Below are positions 58,552 through 64,000 of a stretch of DNA of 64,000 nucleotides, one piece after another. Where the stretch lies: positions 1,708 through 65,707 of the forward strand of contig CAYOTX010000001.1 in NCBI GenBank assembly GCA_964407015.1, read 5' to 3'. Both the position numbers and the translations under genes were made by a program. Numbering within the stretch: the first letter of the stretch is position 1; each line of letters opens with the position of its first letter. Origin of the DNA: an uncultured Candidatus Saccharibacteria bacterium (GTDB lineage: Bacteria; Patescibacteriota; Saccharimonadia; Saccharimonadales; Saccharimonadaceae). The notes under the pieces are model-generated. The model worked only from the letters and a program-made list of their open reading frames with translations. It was not told the origin of the DNA and did not search any database.

Positions 58552-59191
58552 ATCTTTATTATACAACGTTTGAGATCGTTCAACTAGAAACTACGGCGGG
58601 TTTGTTTTTGTATGATTTTTATTTATTGCACAATATATCCACCACAATTTGGTTGGTTTGCGCGAAGCAAGCCATAGATTGTGGCCGTTGAGAGACTTAT
58701 TGTGTTTCGATCTCACGATCATATAGAGTTTTATTGGGAGGTGTGTTTAAGAAAAGAGCGCACGATTTTGGTTTCGCATCTCGCTAATATTAATGCGCGC
58801 CAGAGCTCCTAGATGATCGATCTCAAACTTTTTTAATGTACGACTTTTGTTTAGCGTTTTTGTTTAATTATTCGCTGATTTAAGTTTATGATAATTTTCA
58901 ACAAAATGCAAGAGCTTTTTTGGACTTTTTTATTTTGGGAGTTTTTCACAAATGTGGAAAACTCCCCTGTTAATTTCCCGAACAAAGCTGGTTGAAATTC
59001 TGTGGTTTTGTGGTGTGATAACCGAACAGTTCCCTGTTCTATGGCTTGGCTTTCTCTGTTATATTCTGTTATGCTTGACTTTTTAGCTTAAGTGTGATAT
59101 AATTATGTTATGGTGGGGGTTTTGTGGCCCTAATCGCTTCTAGCGATTATTTTTTATATGGTATAATGTAGGAAATAAGTGGAGATAATAC

Positions 59192-60199
59192 ATGGAAAAT
59201 ACTGATCCTATAAAGGAAAGTAATGCGACCGAACCGTTTGATATCTTTCTCTGGGCGAACGAGATTGATGAAGTAAAAAACAACGTTTCGGCGGAGCTGT
59301 TTTTATTTAACAAAAATTACACACCGTACAAGATTAAATATTCAGATAAACTGACCGGTGCAGTGAAATCGATGTTCATGCAAGAGGCGGTGCATTATAT
59401 TATAGAGGAAGCGGACAAGGGCCTAGAGGTACGCGATTATGAAAGAGCAGACGGCGAGGAAAAAGTAATTTACCGCACTTCCCTTTCCAAGGTTGGCCGC
59501 GCCGAAACTTTAATCCACTTGATTGAAAATGAGTATAAAGATATAGATTATTTCTCTGAAAACGAGTATGACTTTAAGAAGGTCAAGGGCATTATTGCGA
59601 AGTTTACTTACCCGGGCGAAGACGGGATGAAGACTTTCTATATTGCGAAGATTTTGCCGGCTTCAGCAGCGCTGAAGGGGGCGACATCTTGGGAGATTAA
59701 CGGCGAGAGTTTTGAACCGTTCTCTGCCGAGATTGCACTCAAGATGCCAGAAGATAACCAGGTGGCAATAGTGGATGGCACGATTATCGTGTTTAACCAA
59801 GCTAAATTTGAGAATTTGTTCCAATATGATTATAAATCGCAGGTGATTGCCGAGGCAAAGGCAAAAGAGTTAACCGAAAAATATAAACTATCTTTTGCAG
59901 AGGGGTTGACCTTAGATGTACTGTTAGCAGACAAAAAGCCAATTCTTAAAAAAGTCCAGGCTATGGATATTGCTGAAGAAATGCCACAGGATAAATTGCT
60001 AGATTACGCGGATGAGATGCAATTAGAGTTAATGACGGACGATGATGGCTCTATTATTATCATGGATGATAAAGATCTTACGATGTTTGTGAATTTGCTC
60101 AATGAAGATTATTATGTATCGCCGGTAAATGGCAAGCGATATGAAATTAAATCTAAAAAATTACTCGGCGAGCCGGATGGTGAACCACCGAGAGGATAG
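59192..60199 (+). CDS. DUF4868/KwaB-like protein
   Basis: C-terminal FVNLLNEDYYVSPVNGKRYEIKSK resembles the DUF4868 pattern. Confidence 0.65.
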   Translation: MENTDPIKESNATEPFDIFLWANEIDEVKNNVSAELFLFNKNYTPYKIKYSDKLTGAVKSMFMQEAVHYIIEEADKGLEVRDYERADGEEKVIYRTSLSKVGRAETLIHLIENEYKDIDYFSENEYDFKKVKGIIAKFTYPGEDGMKTFYIAKILPASAALKGATSWEINGESFEPFSAEIALKMPEDNQVAIVDGTIIVFNQAKFENLFQYDYKSQVIAEAKAKELTEKYKLSFAEGLTLDVLLADKKPILKKVQAMDIAEEMPQDKLLDYADEMQLELMTDDDGSIIIMDDKDLTMFVNLLNEDYYVSPVNGKRYEIKSKKLLGEPDGEPPRG

Positions 60200-60234
60200 A
60201 AAATAAGCCCCGTTTTGGGGCTTATTTTTATTTG

Positions 60235-60771
60235 TTATTTCTCTATCTCAAAATAAGTACTATCTATAAAATTATTTTCGCCGAGGGTTTCGAAGGTTTT
60301 TTGTAAATCTGATTTTGCAGCGGCGACAGAGTCGTTGGCAGCAAGATTGGATTCTATTTTGGCATAGTAGCCTGGTTGGGTTTCAATTTTGTCTAGATAA
60401 ATATATGTACCTTCACCCATCTTAAGATCTTGGCGGCGACGCGATACTTCCCCGGCTGGCTTAAAACCAAGCTGCAGAATAATATTTACAGTGTTTTCGT
60501 AATCTTTAATACTGGTTTCTTCTACCACGTCTATACCGGAATCTTCGATGTGGCGGCGCAGGATGAGCGAATATTTGGGCGGTTTGTCTACTGCTTTCAT
60601 TTCGGTGCGCATTACTAGGCGCGGCAGATTCATCCCCCGTTTGTAGCCACGTGGTACATATACTCTGTCGTGCTGCCAATAAATAGCTGAAAAATCTAAA
60701 TCAATATCAGAAAGCTTTTCTTCAAACTTATCACGGCTGGTAAGTTTACATTTCAAGATTACCTTTTTCAT
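60235..60771 (-). CDS. CYTH-like protein
   Basis: QHDRVY, LILRR, V.RRR, YLDKI..., IE pattern. Confidence 0.65.
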   Translation of the reverse strand: MKKVILKCKLTSRDKFEEKLSDIDLDFSAIYWQHDRVYVPRGYKRGMNLPRLVMRTEMKAVDKPPKYSLILRRHIEDSGIDVVEETSIKDYENTVNIILQLGFKPAGEVSRRRQDLKMGEGTYIYLDKIETQPGYYAKIESNLAANDSVAAAKSDLQKTFETLGENNFIDSTYFEIEK

Positions 60772-61112
60772 AGGCTAATTATAACACATTCTGTTTGGGG
60801 AATTTTAGTGTGGGTGAAAAATTGGAAAATTTAAAATTTTATACATTCTGTTATTGCTAAAAATAAGCAAAGCGAAATAAATTTTAAGCCTAGGCAGTTT
60901 GTGATAAAATTGTTGTTCGCGCGGCAAAATATTTTTGTGCGGGTGGGGGTTGAAATTATGAATAGAGTGTGCATATACTATAGGCGGGTTGACTTCGGAG
61001 TTTAATGGGCTAGAGTTCACAAGCTTAAAAATGTATTTAGGTTTGCGGTTGTGTGAGGGTCCATTAAACGGCTATTCTAGGCGAGCTAGGATCCTAGGAA
61101 GGAGATAATTAA

Positions 61113-61184
61113 ATGACCATACAGATTAATCTGCTATGTATCATCTTTCCAAATCGGAAACGCCGAAGTAAAAAATCTAGTTAG
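61113..61184 (+). CDS. Small peptide MTIQINLLCIIFPNRKRRSKKSS (candidate type I toxin)
   Basis: SD AAGGAG; TTGAAA-N18-TATACT promoter at 60950-60979; homologous to 10184-10258. Confidence 0.6.
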   Translation: MTIQINLLCIIFPNRKRRSKKSS

Positions 61185-61246
61185 CTACAAAGCTAACTAG
61201 ACAACCCAAAACTTAGAGAAGTCGTCCTAGAAGGCTTCTCTTTTAT
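61170..61246 (-). ncRNA. Candidate antisense sRNA (two hairpins)
   Basis: TAGACA-N17-TACAAT at 61281-61253; TCTAGG-loop hairpin; terminator tctagttagc/gctaactaga plus U6. Confidence 0.6.
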
Positions 61247-61258
61247 GCTTTGATTGTA

Positions 61259-62881
61259 TCACGAAATTATCTCTATGTCTACAATACGAGCCTCGGCAGA
61301 TTTTATACCGTTGAAATCATTCTCCATTAGTTTAATCAGTGGCACTATTTTATCTTCCGAGGTAAGACTTAGCCACTGCTCTGGAGCATAGAAAGCGACG
61401 AGTTTTAGATTATTACCTTTTCTATCCCTAATATCTAGGCGGAGGTGATTTTGTTCGGTGCCCATGCGAGAAATATTAACGATATCTACTTCCGGCAAGC
61501 GGAAAATCGGTTCTTCGTTCCCTGCACCGAAGGGCTCTAGGGATTTTAGCTCTTCTAGAAATTGCAGAGATAAATCAGAAAGGTTCGCGACATCTAGATC
61601 GGCTTGCTGTTTAAGATATTTTGTTTGATCCACCAGATGTAAGCTTTTATAGTAATCGTTGATTTTCTCGCGAAATGCATAGAGCTGCTTGCTATCCACC
61701 CGCACACCAGCGGCGCCAGCGTGGCCACCACCGCCAATGATAGAATCCTTGGTATAGTCTAGAGCTTTGGCCAAGCTAAAATCGCCAAAGCTACGGCCAG
61801 AGCCCTTAAAAATACCATTTTCTACCTCTGATAGTACAAAAGCTGGACGCTGAAATTCTTCCACTAAACGGCCGGCAATAATCCCCAAGATGCCTTCGTG
61901 CCAAGAGCCGGTCTCTATAATTACTGGATTATCCGAAACGCCGCGGGTGGAAATTTCTTTGATAGCGGCTTGCTGCTCAGTTTTGCGTTTTTTGTTGAGG
62001 TCTTCTAACTGTTCGGCGAGAGCGGCGGCATCAGTAGGAGAAGTAGCACGAAGCAGGTCTAGCGAAAGATGGGCAGACTTCAGCCGGCCGGCGGCGTTTA
62101 ATCTTGGGCCAATCTGAAAACCGATGCTTTCGGCAGTTAAATTTTTTACTCGGGCGCGAGTCATTAATTCTTTTAGGCCAGCGCGGCGAGTTTTTTCTAA
62201 AACCTTGATGCCGTAATAACCAAGAATACGGTTTTCGCCAGTGAGAAGCATATTGTCGCAGATGGTGCCGATCAGCACTAAATCTAGCAGCCACTTCTCT
62301 TGGCCGGCCGGGATGAGACTTTTTTGCACTAAGCCTTGCGCCACCTTAAAGGCCACGCCCACACCGGCAAGGTCCCTCAGGCCATTTACAGCGGCAAAAT
62401 CTGGGCGCTTAGGATTTACTACAGCCAGAGCCTCTGGTAATTCGTCACCACATTCATGATGATCCGTGACGATAGTATCTATATTCAAAGTATTTAGCTC
62501 ATCTATAATGGCATGGTTGCGAGAGCCGCAGTCTACCGTAATCACCAAGGTAACTCCCTGTTTTTTGGCGCGAGAAATTAAGCGCGGGCTCATGCCGTAA
62601 CCATCCGCAAAACGGTCTGGCAACATAATATCTATATTTTCAGGATTGGCGCCGGCCAGGGTAAGCGCATCCGCCATTACGGTACTAGCGGTAACGCCAT
62701 CTACATCGTAATCACCATAGATTAAAATCTTCTCGTTCTCTGCTATAGCTTGATTAATTCTGTCTGCCGCCTTATCTAAATCCGGCAAAATGAATGGGTC
62801 AGTAAGATTTTCGTATCTAGGGGCTAAAAAACTACGGTCTAGCCCACGCGCTTCTAGTAAGCGTTCAAATAATTTACTCAT
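61259..62881 (-). CDS. recJ: ssDNA exonuclease RecJ
   Basis: GDYDVDG, DCGS, TDHHE, GPRLNAAGR, GGGHAGAAG. Confidence 0.96.
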   Translation of the reverse strand: MSKLFERLLEARGLDRSFLAPRYENLTDPFILPDLDKAADRINQAIAENEKILIYGDYDVDGVTASTVMADALTLAGANPENIDIMLPDRFADGYGMSPRLISRAKKQGVTLVITVDCGSRNHAIIDELNTLNIDTIVTDHHECGDELPEALAVVNPKRPDFAAVNGLRDLAGVGVAFKVAQGLVQKSLIPAGQEKWLLDLVLIGTICDNMLLTGENRILGYYGIKVLEKTRRAGLKELMTRARVKNLTAESIGFQIGPRLNAAGRLKSAHLSLDLLRATSPTDAAALAEQLEDLNKKRKTEQQAAIKEISTRGVSDNPVIIETGSWHEGILGIIAGRLVEEFQRPAFVLSEVENGIFKGSGRSFGDFSLAKALDYTKDSIIGGGGHAGAAGVRVDSKQLYAFREKINDYYKSLHLVDQTKYLKQQADLDVANLSDLSLQFLEELKSLEPFGAGNEEPIFRLPEVDIVNISRMGTEQNHLRLDIRDRKGNNLKLVAFYAPEQWLSLTSEDKIVPLIKLMENDFNGIKSAEARIVDIEIIS

Positions 62882-62882
62882 T

Positions 62883-63173
62883 TTAGCCTATAGTTTTGCT
62901 CGGCTTGCTGCCCTTTTGGCTTTTAATGACGATACTTTGAAGCTCTTTTAAGATTGGGAATTGTTTGTTGGTCTGGTAGATTTTGGTTTTACCCTTTTTA
63001 GTAACGATAAGGAACTTACCTTCGGCCATGCGGTTTAGCTCCCTCTGGATATTACCTGGATCTTCTTTAATGAGCTTAGCCAAGCCACGAACGTGAGTCT
63101 TAAAGTCTGGATATTTAGCAAAAACCACGATAATTTTGCGGCGCACCCGAGAAGTGACAAATATATCTAACAT
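62883..63173 (-). CDS. Winged-helix (ArsR-like) protein
   Basis: HVRGLAKLIKEDPGNIQRELNRM HTH-like segment. Confidence 0.65.
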   Translation of the reverse strand: MLDIFVTSRVRRKIIVVFAKYPDFKTHVRGLAKLIKEDPGNIQRELNRMAEGKFLIVTKKGKTKIYQTNKQFPILKELQSIVIKSQKGSKPSKTIG

Positions 63174-63252
63174 ATTACCTCGCTTAATCTCTCACTATTA
63201 TAGCACGTAAAGTGTAAAAAATACAACAATTTGGATGAGGCCTTAATTCACC

Positions 63253-63375
63253 ACATAATTCACCGTATTTCGGAAGATCCGCAATGTGATAATATATTTT
63301 ATCACATTGCTCCGCCCCTACGGCGGCAAAATCATAGATTTTGCCTTTATGTTCCTCAATACTGGTGAATTATGT
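63253..63375. repeat. Cloverleaf-like palindromic element
   Basis: 12-bp outer IR acataattcacc/ggtgaattatgt enclosing 12-bp and 9-bp hairpins. Confidence 0.7.
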
Positions 63376-63415
63376 AGCAATATCTTAGCCCTACCCCATA
63401 TGCTATAATGAATAT

Positions 63416-64000
63416 ATGTTTTACGAGGTGATACCGGGGAAGGTGTTTAATAAGGCTGGTGGTGTGCTAACCTATGAGTCTGATAATTCCCTGGTACCGG
63501 GGCAGATTGTAGTGGTACCACTAGGGCGCGGCAAGGTAGTGGGCGTGGTCAGTAAAAAAGTTGCGCAACCGAATTTTGCTACAAAAAAGATTTTGCAAGT
63601 TTTGTATTCAAAGCCACTGTCAATGCACTTAGTAGCAACGGCGCAATTTGTAGCCGACTACTACCAGGTGCCATTAGCTAGCACTCTAGGCTTGATACTG
63701 CCAAACGGCGTTGATAAGAGACGGCGAAAAACCGAACAAATGTTCGGGAACATGTTTGAAACCGAACAAACTGCCGCAGATGCGGAAATTCCACTCAATC
63801 AGCCCCAGAAAAATGCGCTAGAAGCCCTAAAAAAGGCTCCAGGAGCCACGAAACTACTACATGGCGTGACCGGAAGCGGTAAAACCAATATATACCTTAA
63901 AATGGCTAAAAATGCCCTTCTAGCGCAAAAATCTACTATACTTTTGGTACCAGAAATCGCATTAACGGGGCAACTTGTTCGGGTTTTTACGGAATATTTT
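63416..64000 (+). CDS. priA: Primosomal protein N' (5' part, truncated by the window end)
   Basis: LTY...GQIVVVPLG; LLHGVTGSGKT.IY; LVPEIALT. Confidence 0.93.
   Translation, partial: MFYEVIPGKVFNKAGGVLTYESDNSLVPGQIVVVPLGRGKVVGVVSKKVAQPNFATKKILQVLYSKPLSMHLVATAQFVADYYQVPLASTLGLILPNGVDKRRRKTEQMFGNMFETEQTAADAEIPLNQPQKNALEALKKAPGATKLLHGVTGSGKTNIYLKMAKNALLAQKSTILLVPEIALTGQLVRVFTEYF

Noticed and set aside
58890-58965. oriC
   Set aside because: Only one good DnaA-box-like 9-mer, no dnaA nearby, and no evident skew switch.
59111-59121. Fourth copy of cassette motif M (TGGTGGGGGTT)
   Set aside because: Only 11 nt match and there is no R repeat; likely chance.
63728-63775. Firmicutes-type SOS box CGAACAAATGTTCG and a 12-bp direct repeat in priA
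   Set aside because: It lies ~310 nt inside the CDS, is a single instance, and I cannot establish that this lineage's LexA uses this motif.
1-64000. CRISPR array, cas genes, rRNA, reverse transcriptase, transposase or integrase
   Set aside because: No regularly spaced repeats and no ORF with the relevant motifs were seen.

Overview
Chromosomal segment of a small-genome bacterium, most likely Candidatus Saccharibacteria (Patescibacteria/CPR). This is inferred from gene repertoire and style, not from a database search. Core genes: rpsJ, a MurF-like/FemAB cell-wall cluster, galU, dnaE, smpB, xth, metK with a SAM riboswitch, sortase, gltX, der, PIN-PhoH, pth, a VirD4/TraD-like ATPase, a dcw cluster (rsmH, ftsL-like, PBP, mraY, ftsW, murG, ftsQ-like), recJ, a 5' part of priA, tRNA-Leu(CAA) and tRNA-Glu(CTC). 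The most interesting signals lie outside the ORF track. (1) A ~160-180 nt structured leader recurs upstream of three secreted FISUMP-type adhesin genes, with covarying stems, an invariant 23-mer and mutually exclusive pseudoknot/terminator-like pairings; one of these genes ends in a DGR variable-region-like segment. (2) Four small-peptide/antisense-sRNA modules have type I toxin-antitoxin architecture. (3) An integrase-less array of single-gene cassettes sits at the 3' end of tRNA-Leu. (4) An ~85-bp inverted-repeat element lies in frame inside two unrelated proteins. (5) A small ORF plus structured RNA lies inside the dcw operon. All alignments and folds were done by eye and need computational confirmation. 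Protein family names are recognitions from motifs.
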